This document shows positions 1 through 13,393 of a DNA stretch of 64,000 nucleotides, in pieces. The translations under genes were made by a program, and so were the position numbers. Where the stretch lies: NCBI RefSeq assembly GCF_011745625.1, contig NW_027191455.1, forward strand, positions 248,001-312,000, written 5' to 3'. The notes below the pieces were generated by a model that saw nothing but the letters and a program-made list of their open reading frames with translations, did no database searches and was not told the DNA's origin. The DNA is from Cladosporium halotolerans (Eukaryota). How positions within the stretch are numbered: position 1 is the first letter of the stretch; each line of letters starts with the position of its first letter.

Positions 1-526
1 CTGGAAGGCGTGTCAGTTGGCTGAACTCATGTGACTGCCCGGCTTACACACCCGAACTCGCCAGTACCCAGGGTATGATGCATCAGGGTGTGGTTCTTCA
101 TCGCCGGACCTAGGTCGTCAATGATCAGTCCGCCCTCATGGATGAGCCTCGTATAGTTAATACATACGTCCTGGATACCCAACAACATGCGCGACAGGCA
201 CGAACTCAGCGTACGCTCCAGCTTGGCTGCAATAAGCACTGAGCTCCCCGGGTCCGAAAGTCGTCACAAACGATCCGGCGCCCTTCATGCGCCCATAACC
301 GTCAGCGGCATACCCAGCGATCAACTCGTTCGGGTTGCCACAGAAGTCGACGCCAGATTCGCCGATCAGATCGAGGAGGGCAAGCTCGTAGTCTGTTCAA
401 CGGTGAGTTGAGAACGTCAACTGAACGAGTAGAAGACGGTGTCGCACCTCCTGGAACTCCGAAGACGGTGTCAATGCCCAGCTGTTTGAGTCTGGTGAAG
501 AGGTAGTTTCCGACTTTGATAGACAT
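1..526 (-). CDS. Pyruvate decarboxylase-family TPP-dependent 2-oxoacid decarboxylase, 5' part (runs off window start)
   Basis: ATG 526. Spliced reading MSIKVGNYLFTRLKQLGIDTVFGVPG/DYELALLDLI...GNPNELIAGYAADGYGR...VTTFGPGELSA...MHHTLG has the PDC N-terminal motifs. GT-AG introns 447-393 and 167-110; a third intron ends at position 1. Confidence 0.9.
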
Positions 527-1375
527 CGCGTTCCCTGTGTTTGAGAGTGAATTGGGGGACTGAAAATTGCAACAAATGATAAGTGAGTAAGCAGGGTGAG
601 AGTGTTCCAATGCCGTTTATATAGCATCTTGCACGTGTCAGTACCTCTATCCGATGCATTGGAAGATACTCCGCAATTGCCGGAATGAGGGTGGTACCCT
701 TGCGCCTTGTACGGCATCACAGCTGTCGCAGCGAATCCATCGGCTGGAAGCTTGCTGAAGTCACAAGATGACAAAGAACCCTGGCTTGCAAAAGATACCC
801 TGAAGTTCCCAATCGGTGCTATCATCCTGGATTTCTTGTCCTCGTCATGCGCTGAGTAAGATGTAGAATATCATCCGAGGTCCCCGAGACTCGGGAGTGC
901 CGATTGTTGGAGCCATTGTTGCGTGGCTCATTCGAGGTCTGAATATCGCCTCAGAATGCCATTGAGCGCCATAATCACTCGGAAGTCATTTCTTAAACTT
1001 AATCGATCTGGAGCGCGATGCGACTTGCAGATATTTCAAGAGCTAGTTGCTCAGCTACAGATGCTTGCCTTAAGTGGTACGGAGAGGGGTGCTGGAGTGC
1101 AGGCCCTGAAATCCGAGGATCAGCATGGGATATCGTGGGCTATCTTGAATCGAACATCAGCACAAAACTCTTTGTAGGTACGCACTATTTCCTGCCAAAA
1201 TAATGCTTTCGCGGACCGCTAGGCAAATTGGTCTAGCGGGAGCTTAGCAACGCCTCGCAGATTGTGCTCGACATCCGATGACTCTGGGGGCTGTTGTGAT
1301 CGCTTCAAACTCCCTTTGATATAATAGAAACACTGTTGTACATCAATCACAGGCGCTCACGCCACCTGAAGTCGT

Positions 1376-2285
1376 CTATTTCTTGCCTCCCTTCTTACCA
1401 CCCCTACCCATAGCCCTCCTCTCGGCATTCTTCGCAACTCTGATGTTCTTCTTTCGCCAAGCGGCGAATCGATCGCCAGGCACGAAAGGCTTGACCATTT
1501 GTGCAGCCTTGCTCCTCTCCGCCGCACGACCGATTTCCCAGTTGGCCTGGCGGTACTGGTAACCGGGCCTGAGAGTAAGCTTCTCGTCCACCACCTTTCC
1601 GCTGCCAGTCTTCTTGATAGTCTTGATTCCTCTGCTCTCGTTGGGCTGGTCCCTGATTGTAGAAGGCTTGGCCGTGCCCATCTCTGCGTTGCCAGGCAGG
1701 CCGGTCTGAGGGCCAGTCAAGAGGTCTGCGGACTCCTGCACGGCGTAGGTCTGGGGCATCTGGTAGGCGAGCATACCGAGCTTGCGGCGGCGGACTGCGT
1801 TGACTGGCGCGGGAAGTTGCTGGTTCTTTTCGAAAACGATGCCGATGTATTTGCGCTTCGGGTGGCGCGCCGGATCGCGATAGTAGCGGACGTAGCCTGG
1901 TTGTGCGGCATGGATGGTGTGGTCGCGGCCCTGCATGAGTTGTCAGTATTTGGCGTCTATTCAATTGGATGCCTAGGCATGTCCATACCATGCTGCAGTT
2001 GTCACCGGGGAACCAGAGAGTGCCTCTCTGCTTGAACAAGATATTGCCCGGCACCACGAACTCGCCACCAGACTTCTTCGCTCCCAATCTCTTGCCCGCG
2101 CCGTCTGCGGCCTTGTTTGCTCTTCCTTGCGCCTGATGCGAGGCGTGTCTCCGCGAAACGTGCGATCCAATTGCGGCGGATGTCGAGATGCGCAGGCCGG
2201 AGAGCGCGGACTCCAGGACCGCGAGAGTCGCCATCGAGGGCGCTCGAGGTGCGGCAGAGAACATCGGGCGAGCGGGCAGAACCAT
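1376..2285 (-). CDS. MRP7: Mitochondrial ribosomal protein bL27m (L27 family)
   Basis: HASHQAQGRANKAADGAGKRLGAKKSGGEFVVPGNILFKQRGTLWFPGDN + GRDHTIHA L27 signature; Arg/Ser/Ala-rich presequence; intron 1988-1931. Confidence 0.92.
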
Positions 2286-2716
2286 GGCGGTTGTGAGGCG
2301 GATGCTGTACGCTGCGAGCGCCTTCTGCTGGTCGACGGCCGGGATGCGAAGAGCAGCGGAGGAGGCCTTGGCACGGAGGGCAAAGCGACGCCCGCTTGCG
2401 ACGCCGCGAATGGGGGGACCCATGCGGGACAGCTGTTGACGGTTTCGAGATACCGTAACTTCTATCCTCGCAGGCAGTCGCATTACACCTGGCCTCGCGA
2501 CAAACGACCACTGCACAGCATTGCGAGTCTTCCGAGCCCGTGCGACATCAGAGCTCAAGAGCGCCAACCCTCCTGACACTCGCCAATCCACCGCCCCAAA
2601 CGAGCTCATCGACGAAACGAAACATTACGAAGCCCGCACCTGACGACCAAACCTACTCGCGTATACACCCTCAATAAGTCCTGCAGCTGAGGCCATAAGG
2701 CCAGTCCTCACCGACC

Positions 2717-4168
2717 ATGGCGTCCGCCCTTTTCTTCCTGGACCTGAAGGGCAAGACCCTCCTCGCCCGCAACTATCGCGGTGACATCCCTATGTCAGCC
2801 GTCGAGAAATTCCCTGTCCTCCTCTCGGAAGCTGAAGACGAGTCCTCCTCTGTACCTCCTTGTTTCTCCAGCGATGGCATCAACTATCTTTACATTCGAC
2901 ACAACAACCTCTACCTCCTAGCGATCACGAAGCGAAACTCCAATGCGGCCGAAATTCTGCTATTCTTGCATAAGATCGTCGAGGTATTCACTGAATACTT
3001 CAAAGAGCTGGAGGAGGAGAGTATCAGGGACAACTTCGTTGTAATCTACGAATTGCTGGATGAGATCATGGACTTTGGACACCCTCAGACGACAGAGTCC
3101 AAGATCCTGCAGGAATACATCACTCAGGAAAGCCACCAACTGCAAGTACAAGCACGGCCGCCGATTGCTGTCACAAACGCGGTTTCGTGGAGATCAGAAG
3201 GAATCAGATACAGGAAGAACGAAGTCTTCCTCGACGTTGTGGAGTCGCTCAACCTGCTGGTCAGCTCAACGGGCAATGTGCTGCGGTCGGAGATTCTGGG
3301 CGCTGTGAAGATGAAGTGCTACCTGTCTGGTATGCCTGAGCTGCGATTAGGTCTGAACGACAAAGTCATGTTCGAGGCTACGGGAAGGAACACCCGTGGC
3401 AAGGCTGTCGAGATGGAGGACGTGAAGTTCCATCAGTGCGTGCGTTTATCGCGGTTCGAGAGCGATCGCACAATTTCATTCATTCCTCCCGATGGCGAGT
3501 TCGAGCTCATGTCGTACCGCTTGAACACACAAGTCAAGCCTTTGATCTGGGTGGAGTGCATTGTCGAATCACACTCCGGCAGCAGAATAGAATACATGCT
3601 CAAGGTGAGATTCACTCGAAGCGTAGGAATGCGACAGTATCTGACATTCTCTCACAGGCCAAAGCACAATTCAAACGCCGTTCGACTGCCAACAATGTCC
3701 AAATTTCGATCCCTGTTCCCGAAGACGCCGACACGCCCAAATTCCGCACAAATATTGGATCCGTCCACTACGCGCCCGAAACCAGCTCTATCGTGTGGAA
3801 GATCAAGCAGTTTGGCGGTGGCAAGGAGTTCCTCATGCGCGCGGAGCTTGGACTGCCGAGTGTCCGCGGTGACGATGAGAAGGGTGGCGGTATGATGGGA
3901 GGTTTCGGCGGTAGCATGGGCGGTGTTGGTGGAGGTGGAAAGGCCAAGCGACCTATCGGCGTCAAGTTTGAGATCCCTTACTTCACGACGTCTGGCATTC
4001 AGGTCAGATATCTGAAGATTATCGAACCAAAGGTAAGTCTATCCTCCCCTTCAATTCGGAGACTGCAGGGCTGACCCATGATTACAGCTGCAATATCCCT
4101 CCTTGCCCTGGGTACGATACATCACTCAAAGTGGCGACATTGCGGTCCGACTGCCCGACGTGCAGTGA
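2717..4168 (+). CDS. APM1: AP-1 clathrin adaptor complex mu subunit
   Basis: MASALFFLDLKGK..., YRKNEVFLDVVE, FIPPDGEFELMSYR, C-terminal LQYPSLPWVRYITQSGD; introns 3605-3657 and 4033-4087. Confidence 0.96.
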
Positions 4169-5179
4169 AAAGATAGCAGGCTTGCAGGTGTGCGCCACAG
4201 AATATAGTGATTTCAGGAGCATGGCGATGGCGTATGGGCGTGTTGGGGTACATTTACGAGCAACTGTGACGATAAAGTCACACCGCTATTTGCCATAGCT
4301 ATAGAACCCTTGCCGATGTCATTCGATGGAAAAGACGACATCTTCCGTCCAGTGCTGCACGTTTTTATGAATGTTGAACTGAGAGGTGCGGCACTCTCCG
4401 ACCGTGTGTCCGATGGACAACGCGCCGTGCAGATGAAGACCAATCGGCAGCCACTAGCTACGAGAGCGAGTACTCGCTTATGCACATATGCGCCGACTCG
4501 CTTGTGCTTATCAACGGAGATATAGTCCCGGCTCCTGCAGGCCGCGAGATCACGTTGTTTCAGCACGAGACGTTACTGCTTGGCGGGTGTCAGAAAAGGG
4601 CACGTTGTGCACTCATGTTTCTGCAAGGATTGTTCCAGCGTGATCGACGTTGCAGGCCGGGCCAGATCCTTTGGCTCCTGTCAACACGCCAAGCGGCGCC
4701 AGCCTGCAAGCGGCCCTTTGCACGTGCGTGCCGGCTTTGATTCGTCGTCATGAAGATTGCGCTGGCTCGCGAGCCCAGGACCACACAAACACCGCCCGTT
4801 GACCATCACTAAGCCCGACGGGCATTCCATTCTTGTCGCAACGGCACACAGACATACCCCGCTCACCTGATATCGCCACGACCACCGCTCACTCAGCCTC
4901 CGCGTCGCCCTGGCCAAGGCCAAGCTGCCATGGCACAGTAGCGCATTCAAGCGAGGCTGTGCTTGGGGAACTTTCTTGCGGACAAAGATACCGCCACGCC
5001 AGGGTGTTGCAGGAGTCGGCCGCTTCACAGCGCATGCTGCAGCGCCGTACCTCTAGCTTCGGACATCGTTTTCCTAGGCGCCCGTACCGTACTCCTCGCT
5101 CCCGGCGCATACCCAAGACATGAATCCGTTCGCCTGATACCCCCAGCAACACTTCGAATATCCGCTTCACACCCTCACA

Positions 5180-8089
5180 ATGGCGGTGGCCGACGTCCTG
5201 GTTCCGCTCCAGAGCGGGTGGAACTGGGCGAAGGAGCGTATGCCCTCTTCACTCCGTCTGGGCCAGCTTCATTTCAACTTTATCATGGTTCACTACCTGT
5301 ACATGATCGGCTTTATCATTGCGGCCTCTATCATGCTCTACCCGGCCGGAGGAATGCCATATATCGACGCGCTGTTCTTCGCTTCCGGTGCGACAACCCA
5401 ATCTGGACTGAACAGTATCGACCTCAACCTCCTGTACCTCTACCAACAGGTCGTCATCATACTAGTGGCCTGCGTTTGCAACCCGATCTTTATCAACACC
5501 GCGGTGGTTTTCATTCGTCTGCACTGGTTTGAAAAACGCTTCAAGCACATTGTCAGGGAGGCACGGAATCAGAGGAAAACAAAGACCAGGAGCAGGACAA
5601 AAAGCGAGATGAGAGAAGAGGAGGATCCAGGGAGAGCCGAGAAGGGTGTCAACGGAAGGCCAATCACTGTGCTGCACGACACGACCAAGCCCAACGGAAT
5701 GAGTACGAGAACAGCCACCGCGAAGGCAAGAGAGCAGGAAGCGAAGGCCGCTGAGAAATTGGGTTTGGACATGCCTTCCTCGAGTAGCGGAACCCCGACA
5801 CCTCAAAATGCTAGCGTAAGAGACGGGACGGATACTCATGGCGACCACGCTTCACAAGACCCTCAAGACATTGCCGTATTTGACGACGATGACGACGAAG
5901 GCTCTAGTTCGAGTGCACCCGCGGCCAGTACGGCTGATACCGGTCACCATCTTGGACTCAACCGAAAGCTCCTTAATAGGGATATCACTTTCACCGACGA
6001 GCTCCCAAGGCCTGGACTTCCGCGACGCAAATCGGACTCCGAAGATATTGTCCCCGAGTTGCGGGATGTAAAACAGCATATCGCTTTCGTACAGAACCAA
6101 CAGAAAAAGTCAAAAGAGGGCGGCGGTACTCTTCGCATTCCCGGACCCCGTGACTTCGACCGAGGCGAGCTGCCGAAAGCGCTTGATGACTCAAACGGAG
6201 ACGGACTGGCGCGACAGCAAACTAGGAACACACTGCGCACTGCTCCGAGCAAACAGTCGCACCGTAGCTCTTTCAGCCAAGAGGAAAAGATGAACGCCGA
6301 TGACCACCCTGTGCGACGAGGTATCACTATTGATGTACCGGAGCACCCTGCACACCGTCAGCGCGAAGAAGCTGCGCAAGACGAAGCTCAGGAAGGCAAG
6401 GGAAGCAAATTTGGCCTTGATAGGATCATCAGCCCGCTTAGGCATCGGCGCACGAGGTCACATGGAGTCAACATGGGCGACAGAAAAAGCACGTTCGCTC
6501 GCACTTTCACGAGTCTGACCACGATGCGTACGAAGGACAGGGAGGACGACCCCATGCCGTACCTCAGTTGGCAACCAACGCTTGGCCGCAACAGTGCTTT
6601 CGTGAACTTGACAGAGGAGCAGCGCGAGGAACTCGGGGGCATTGAGTACCGGGCGCTGAAGACTCTGGCGAAAGTGCTAATCGTTTATTACGTTGGCTTT
6701 CACATACTCGGCATGGTCGTTCTACTACCATGGATTCTCCATGTCGAGCGCTGGCGATCTATCCCCGCTCAAAATGGCATAGATCCTGGGTGGTGGGGTG
6801 TCTTTACACCTGCATCTCTGTTTACGGATCTTGGGTACACCTTGACACCGGACAGCATGATAAGCTTTCAGACCGCCACACTGCCGTTGCTTCTTGGATC
6901 TTTTCTAATTGTTATTGGCAACACCGGCTTTCCCTGCATGCTCCGATTCGTCATCTGGCTCACCTCCATATGCGTGCCACGCGACAGTGCACTTTGGGAA
7001 GAGTTGCGATTTCTGCTTGACCATCCCCGTCGCTGCTTTACTTTGCTATTCCCTTCGAAAGCAACATGGTGGCTGTTCTGGATCTTGGTTCTACTGAACG
7101 GCGTCGACTTGATCTTCTTTATCATTCTTGACTTGAACGACGAGACAGTTACAAGCTTGGCTCCTGGTTATCGCGTGCTCAACGGCTGGTTCCAGGCGAC
7201 TTCTACCAGAACCGCTGGCTTCTCTTCGGTCAATTTGGCAGATCTGCACCCTGCAGTCCAAGTGAGCTACATGGTCATGATGTACATTTCGGTCTTCCCA
7301 ATCGCCATTTCCGTTCGTCGTACCAACGTGTACGAGGAGAAGTCTCTGGGTATCTGGGGCGGCGAGGAAGCCGATGAGCAAGACCAGTCTTATGTCGGCC
7401 AGCATCTGCGGCGCCAGCTGTCTTTCGACTTGTGGTATATTTTCCTCGGTTTATTCATCATCTGCATCGTGGAAGGTGATAAGCTGGCGGACACGAGCGA
7501 ATACGCCTTCACCATGTTTAGTGTGCTTTTCGAGATCGTCTCCGCATACGGCACGGTTGGACTCTCGCTGGGATATCCAGGCACGAACGCCAGCTTGTCG
7601 GCGCAGTTCAAAGTTATCAGCAAGCTCATCATCGTCGCCATGGAGTTGCGTGGCCGCCATCGTGGATTGCCATATGCCCTTGACCGTGCTATTCTACTGC
7701 CATCCGAGAACCTGCACAGGAAGGAGGCAGAGGAGGCAACTCGAAGACACACGCGCCGCAACAGCATGTTCCCCGACGGCTCGGATGGGGATCAAGAATC
7801 CCGTTCGGAGTCACCGGAGATACGCCGCAATCTCACCTGGGAAGACGGAGAGCTCGACGAGGCCGGCCTGCCAAAACAGCACCTAGCCACGCACGGAGTA
7901 GATCCTAACGCGACCGACCCTGACAGCCCCGTAGTCAACCGCAAGATGACCAGGAGAGGCAGCGGATTCAGCACCGTCAGCAAGATGGAGAAGTTCAAGC
8001 AGGAGCGCAAGCACACACGCAACCGCAGCATCGGCAGGTTCGTCGCGAGCGGCCTCGGTGCCGGCCCGACGTTCTCTAAGCACGAATGA
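5180..8089 (+). CDS. TRK1: Trk-family potassium transporter
   Basis: 969-aa ORF with four MPM pore motifs (ATTQSGLN, FTDLGYTLTPDSM, STRTAGFS, FEIVSAYGTVGLSLG), ELGGIEYRAL, and a long hydrophilic loop. Confidence 0.95.
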   Translation: MAVADVLVPLQSGWNWAKERMPSSLRLGQLHFNFIMVHYLYMIGFIIAASIMLYPAGGMPYIDALFFASGATTQSGLNSIDLNLLYLYQQVVIILVACVCNPIFINTAVVFIRLHWFEKRFKHIVREARNQRKTKTRSRTKSEMREEEDPGRAEKGVNGRPITVLHDTTKPNGMSTRTATAKAREQEAKAAEKLGLDMPSSSSGTPTPQNASVRDGTDTHGDHASQDPQDIAVFDDDDDEGSSSSAPAASTADTGHHLGLNRKLLNRDITFTDELPRPGLPRRKSDSEDIVPELRDVKQHIAFVQNQQKKSKEGGGTLRIPGPRDFDRGELPKALDDSNGDGLARQQTRNTLRTAPSKQSHRSSFSQEEKMNADDHPVRRGITIDVPEHPAHRQREEAAQDEAQEGKGSKFGLDRIISPLRHRRTRSHGVNMGDRKSTFARTFTSLTTMRTKDREDDPMPYLSWQPTLGRNSAFVNLTEEQREELGGIEYRALKTLAKVLIVYYVGFHILGMVVLLPWILHVERWRSIPAQNGIDPGWWGVFTPASLFTDLGYTLTPDSMISFQTATLPLLLGSFLIVIGNTGFPCMLRFVIWLTSICVPRDSALWEELRFLLDHPRRCFTLLFPSKATWWLFWILVLLNGVDLIFFIILDLNDETVTSLAPGYRVLNGWFQATSTRTAGFSSVNLADLHPAVQVSYMVMMYISVFPIAISVRRTNVYEEKSLGIWGGEEADEQDQSYVGQHLRRQLSFDLWYIFLGLFIICIVEGDKLADTSEYAFTMFSVLFEIVSAYGTVGLSLGYPGTNASLSAQFKVISKLIIVAMELRGRHRGLPYALDRAILLPSENLHRKEAEEATRRHTRRNSMFPDGSDGDQESRSESPEIRRNLTWEDGELDEAGLPKQHLATHGVDPNATDPDSPVVNRKMTRRGSGFSTVSKMEKFKQERKHTRNRSIGRFVASGLGAGPTFSKHE

Positions 8090-8765
8090 GGCGGGTCGTA
8101 TTGATATTAGAATTTTGAGCGTTTAGAGCGGAATTTATAGACTGATTGGTTTCGTCTTCTCTTTGGGAAGGACTGCGTGCTTTACTATTTTTTTGTCGAG
8201 CCGGGAAAACAGACGACAACGGCCATTGGGAAGATCAGACCGAGCAAGATGTTTTTGCTTTTCGTATCGATTGCTCGTTTGGATCATTATTGCTCTTCAT
8301 ATCCGGCGTGGTATCAGCCACTCGCTGTATATATTCAAGGTTGTCGAACACCGCAAGGTGTGTACGATGTAGTTCGATTTGAGCACTTCCGCATCTGTGT
8401 CTGTGGAACTCATTCTAGCGACCGACAATTTGTTGCGGTGAAAAAATGCCCATCGATTTGAAATAATGGCAACAATTTTTTCACCGTGACTTTGATACCC
8501 GCCGCATGCCAATGAACGACATCTTCGGTAGTTAGTCCCTTTTAATCGGTCTTATGCCGACAATCCTTCAGCGCCCCACCTTTGACTTTGGCTGTCTGCC
8601 TCTCAACTCCCCCAGAGCGGGTGAAGCCCGAGCTTAACCCGCTGAGGCAAAAAATAACTTCCCAAATTCTGCCAGTACTCCGACTTGTAGTCATGTAGGA
8701 ACACACGGATTGCTCACTGCCGCCTCGGCATGAGTAGCTAGACAAACTATTACTCCACGATCACT

Positions 8766-11700
8766 ATGGCCGCCCCTCCGGACTCATATCAGGCCTTTCC
8801 TGGCTCCGCAGCCTTTTCCGACTTTCGTCTGAATCGGCTTGCCGCCGCCATCGGAGCTAAGAAACTGCAAGCCATTTGGGTGCACTATGTTGCTTCCAAG
8901 CAGGATCTTTCCTCTGAGCAGATTAAAGTGCTCGAGCAGCTGCTTGAGTATGGCGCATACCCTGACGCCAGCGATGTGCTTTACAGCACCTGCGTGAAAG
9001 CCATTAAGAATGGCAGCGGCTCGGACGACGCCAACACTCTCTTGCTTTACGTCGTTCCCAGAGCTGGTACTATCTCACCCTGGAGCTCCAAGGCGACCAG
9101 CATCGCGACGGTCTGCGGTCTGGGTGACAATGTCCAGCGTGTTGAGCGCGGACTTCTGTTCGCCATTTCTTTCGACGGACCCGCCCCGTCTGAGGTTTCC
9201 AACCCGGATTCGCTGCACGACAGAATGACTGAGACGATGAGCACCAGCCCGCCGGACCTCAAGACTATGTTCGCGCAGCTTCCCCCGGCGCCTCTGGAGA
9301 GGGTTGAGCTGCTGCAGAGCGACAAGACTGACCCTGGAGCCGCGCTCGAGGAGGCGAACAAGACCCTTGGTTTGGCGCTCGACAAGAACGAAATCGATTA
9401 TTTGATCGATGCCTACACCAATCAGCTCAAGCGTAACCCGTCAGATGTGGAGCTTTTCATGTTCGCTCAGGTCAACTCGGAGCACTGTCGCCACAAGCAG
9501 TTCAACGCCGACTGGACGATTGATGGTGTGAAGAAGCCTCGCAGCTTGTTCTCCATGATCCGAAACACCCACAACGCCCACCCCAAGCATGTGATCAGCG
9601 CCTACAGTGACAACGCTGCCGTCATGCAGGGCGAGGAGGGTGCTGTTTGGGCCCCTAACGATGCAACTGGCGAATGGACTCAGATCAAGGAGATGGTGCA
9701 CTACCTTGGCAAGGTCGAGACTCACAACCACCCGACCGCTGTGTCGCCTTACCCTGGTGCCGCCACTGGTTCTGGTGGAGAAATTCGTGATGAAGGCGCA
9801 GTTGGCAGAGGTTCCAAGCCGAAGACTGGTCTCGCCGGTTACTCTGTCTCTGACTTGCTCATTCCCGACCACGTTCAGCCATGGGAGCTGGACATCGGAA
9901 AGCCTGCTCACTTGGCTAGCGCCCTCGACATCATGCTGGAGGCACCCATCGGCAGCGCTGCTTTCAACAACGAGTTCGGTCGCCCTTGCACGACTGGCTA
10001 CTTCCGCACCCTGACCACTCAGCTGCCTATCTCCGACAACGAGACCGAGCTGCGTGGTTACCACAAGCCCATCATGCTTGCTGGTGGCGTGGGTACTGTT
10101 CGCCCTCAGCATGCGCTCAAGGATGAAGGCCTGGTCAGTGCTGGCGCTCACCTCATTGTTCTTGGTGGTCCGGCCATGCTCATTGGTCTCGGTGGTGGTG
10201 CTGCCTCCAGTATCCAGTCTGGTGAAGGCAGCGTTGATCTCGACTTTGCCAGTGTCCAGCGTGGCAACGCTGAGGTTCAGAGGCGTGCCCAGGAAGTCAT
10301 CAATACTTGCACATCCCTCGGCGAGGACAACCCCATTCAGCTCATCCACGACGTCGGTGCTGGCGGTCTTTCCAATGCTCTGCCTGAGCTGGTTGAGGAT
10401 GCTGGCTTTGGTGCTCGCTTTGAGTTGAGAGAGATCGACAACGCCGACAGGAGTCTCAGCCCGCTCCAGATCTGGTGCTGCGAGGCTCAGGAGCGCTACG
10501 TAATGGCCATTGCTCCCAACAAGCTCAGCCAGTTCGAGAAGATCGCTAAGCGCGAGCGTTGCGGTTACTCTGTTGTTGGTAACGCTGTGCAGGACAAGCG
10601 CCTCGTCTTGATGGACAGAGATTCCAAGGACGAGCCGACGCCCATTGACCTTCCCATGTCCATCCTCTTCGGAAAGCCTCCCAAGATGCACAGGATCGTC
10701 GACTCGAGGAAGCTTAAGCTGCCTGCTTTCGACAGCACGCTCAGCACTTACCTTCCCCAGGTGACACCAGACGCGGTTCTCAGCAATGCTGTCGACCGTG
10801 TCCTCGCGCTGCCTTCTGTCGGCTCAAAGTCCTTCCTTATCACCATCGCTGACCGCACTGTCGGTGGCCTCACAGTCAGAGACCAGATGGTCGGCCCCTG
10901 GCAAACTCCCGTCGCCGATGTCTCCGTCACTGCCACTTCGCTCACCAGCGGCATCAAGACCGGCGAGGCGATGGCTATGGGCGAGAAGCCGACGCTTGCT
11001 CTCATCTCTCCCGCCGCTTCTGCCCGCATGGCTGTGGCCGAATCTCTCATGAACATCGCCGCCGCCAGTCTGCCCGGCAGACTTCGCCGTGTCCGCCTGT
11101 CAGCCAACTGGATGGCTGCAAGCGGCCACCCTGGCGAGGGCGCGAACCTTTACGAGGCTGTCGAGGCTATCGGTATGGAGCTTTGCCCCGACCTTGGCAT
11201 CAGTATCCCTGTTGGCAAGGATTCCATGTCCATGAAGACTAAATGGGACAACAAGGAGGTGACCGCGCCTCTGTCGCTTGTCATCTCCGCTTTCGCCCCA
11301 GTCAACGACTTGAGCAGCACATGGACTCCCGCCCTCCGCCGCCCTGAGGAGGTCGGCGAGACTGTGCTCATGTATGTCGACCTTGCAAATGGCAAGAAGG
11401 CTATGGGTGGCTCTGCGCTTGTGCAGGTGTTCGGCCAGATTGGCAACGAGGCACCGGATGTTCGGGACACCGATCTCATCAAGGACTTCTACCACGCTGT
11501 CGAGCAGCTCCATGAGTCCAACATCGTTCTTGCGTACCACGACCGGTCCGATGGTGGTCTTTTCACTACCGTCGCTGAGATGATGTTCGCCGGCCGTTGC
11601 GGAGTCACCATGGCGCTTGACAAGATCACCAAGTCTGGCCGCCCGCAAGATCTTGTCGATACTCTCTTCAATGAGGAGCTCGGCGCTGTCTTCCAGATCC

Positions 11701-12830
11701 GCAAGAAGGATGAGAACCAGTTCAGGGGCGTCTTCGCTCCGCTTACACCGATCACACTTGGCGCCGTTACCAAGCAGCCGAAGCAAGAGCTGTCTATCTA
11801 CTACGGTGCCGACTGTGTCTACCGTGCCTCGCGTCAAGCTCTCCAGCAGAAGTGGACGCACACGTCGTGGGCAATGCAGAAGCTGCGTGATAACCCCACC
11901 TGCGCGGATGCCGAGAAGGAGAACATCAACGACGACCAGGACCCTGGCCTCAAGTACAACCTCACCTTCAACCCGAAGGACAACATCCTCCCGCCGACTT
12001 CCTGGATCACATCGCAGGTCATGGCCAAGCCCCGTGTTGCCATCCTGCGCGAGCAAGGTGTCAACGGTCAGGCTGAAATGGCTTTCGCCTTCTCCGTCGC
12101 CGGCTTCTCCCCGATCGACGTCCACATGACCGATATTCTCTCTGGCCGTGTCAGCCTTGCCGGCTTCGCTGGTCTCGCAGCCTGCGGTGGCTTCAGCTAC
12201 GGCGACGTCCTTGGCGCCGGTCAGGGCTGGGCCAAGAGCGTTCTCCTCCATGAAAACACCCGCCAGGAGTTCAAGGCCTTCTTCGAGCGCAAGGACACCT
12301 TCGCTCTCGGCGTCTGCAACGGCTGCCAGTTCCTCTCCCGCCTCACAGAAATCATCCCTGGCGCCGAGAGCTGGCCCACCTTCGAGCGCAACCTCAGCGA
12401 GCAGTACGAGGCCCGCGTCTGCGAGGTCGAGGTCTCCGACACGCCGGACAAGAACCCCTCCGTCTTCCTGCACGGTATGCACGGCTCCAAGCTGCCCATC
12501 GTCGTCGCGCACGGCGAGGGCCGCGCCCAGTTCCCCTCCACGGGCTCCGCCACCGCTCAGTCCCTCGTCGACCAGGGCCTCGTCTCCATTCGCTACCTGG
12601 ACAACTACCACAAGCCCACCGAGCGCTACCCCTTCAACCCCAACGGCAGCCCGCAGGGTATCGCTGGTGTCCGCACGCCTGATGGCAGGGTCTTGGCGCT
12701 CATGCCTCACCCTGAGCGCACCATTCTCAAGGAGGCTTCGAGCTACACGCCGCCGGAGCAGTCGAAGGACTGGGGCGAGTTCGGCCCTTGGGTCCGCATG
12801 TTCAAGAGCGCGAGGAGGTGGGTCGGTTAG
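8766..12830 (+). CDS. ADE6: Phosphoribosylformylglycinamidine synthase (PurL)
   Basis: 1354 aa; [32 protein letters not shown]; glutaminase [21 protein letters not shown]. Confidence 0.98.
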   Translation: MAAPPDSYQAFPGSAAFSDFRLNRLAAAIGAKKLQAIWVHYVASKQDLSSEQIKVLEQLLEYGAYPDASDVLYSTCVKAIKNGSGSDDANTLLLYVVPRAGTISPWSSKATSIATVCGLGDNVQRVERGLLFAISFDGPAPSEVSNPDSLHDRMTETMSTSPPDLKTMFAQLPPAPLERVELLQSDKTDPGAALEEANKTLGLALDKNEIDYLIDAYTNQLKRNPSDVELFMFAQVNSEHCRHKQFNADWTIDGVKKPRSLFSMIRNTHNAHPKHVISAYSDNAAVMQGEEGAVWAPNDATGEWTQIKEMVHYLGKVETHNHPTAVSPYPGAATGSGGEIRDEGAVGRGSKPKTGLAGYSVSDLLIPDHVQPWELDIGKPAHLASALDIMLEAPIGSAAFNNEFGRPCTTGYFRTLTTQLPISDNETELRGYHKPIMLAGGVGTVRPQHALKDEGLVSAGAHLIVLGGPAMLIGLGGGAASSIQSGEGSVDLDFASVQRGNAEVQRRAQEVINTCTSLGEDNPIQLIHDVGAGGLSNALPELVEDAGFGARFELREIDNADRSLSPLQIWCCEAQERYVMAIAPNKLSQFEKIAKRERCGYSVVGNAVQDKRLVLMDRDSKDEPTPIDLPMSILFGKPPKMHRIVDSRKLKLPAFDSTLSTYLPQVTPDAVLSNAVDRVLALPSVGSKSFLITIADRTVGGLTVRDQMVGPWQTPVADVSVTATSLTSGIKTGEAMAMGEKPTLALISPAASARMAVAESLMNIAAASLPGRLRRVRLSANWMAASGHPGEGANLYEAVEAIGMELCPDLGISIPVGKDSMSMKTKWDNKEVTAPLSLVISAFAPVNDLSSTWTPALRRPEEVGETVLMYVDLANGKKAMGGSALVQVFGQIGNEAPDVRDTDLIKDFYHAVEQLHESNIVLAYHDRSDGGLFTTVAEMMFAGRCGVTMALDKITKSGRPQDLVDTLFNEELGAVFQIRKKDENQFRGVFAPLTPITLGAVTKQPKQELSIYYGADCVYRASRQALQQKWTHTSWAMQKLRDNPTCADAEKENINDDQDPGLKYNLTFNPKDNILPPTSWITSQVMAKPRVAILREQGVNGQAEMAFAFSVAGFSPIDVHMTDILSGRVSLAGFAGLAACGGFSYGDVLGAGQGWAKSVLLHENTRQEFKAFFERKDTFALGVCNGCQFLSRLTEIIPGAESWPTFERNLSEQYEARVCEVEVSDTPDKNPSVFLHGMHGSKLPIVVAHGEGRAQFPSTGSATAQSLVDQGLVSIRYLDNYHKPTERYPFNPNGSPQGIAGVRTPDGRVLALMPHPERTILKEASSYTPPEQSKDWGEFGPWVRMFKSARRWVG

Positions 12831-13393
12831 GGCTTATGTCAGGTTGGCTTGATAAAGGGAAGGAATGCGTGGTTTATGGTTTTGAGATGGTTAATGCGGC
12901 ATTGAGGAAATGCAAGTTTCGTTTGTTTCTATTCTGACATCGGCTTACTAGACTTGAAGAACAAGCAAGAAAATGAGAGATGACAGATCAGCATTACGGT
13001 CGGAAATTGAACGCGTTTTTTGAAGACAAAATTCTCTACTGCATCTTCCCCACGTGAGCCGACGGTGATGCCTAGAACACCTCGGTTCGTGAAGTCTATC
13101 TCGCGGCTGGAATCATGCTGTGCGGCAGAAACTCAAGATGAACTGGATGAAATGTGTTTCTTTGCAAAAACGACTTTTATGCATCGACCGTTGAAACCCG
13201 CAGGACCAAAAAGCACCCTCGGACGCAAAACAACTCGCTCGAACGAAAGTGGTGAAGCCCTACAATCGACTCTCTCGCATCGGCCGTCGAAAGATACAAA
13301 AAAAAAAAGAAAAAAAAGAGAATAGCACCTATCGCCCAGCCCGTCTACGCGCAGAAGCCGAGAAACCCATGCGTCCAGCAATGAAGCAACGCT

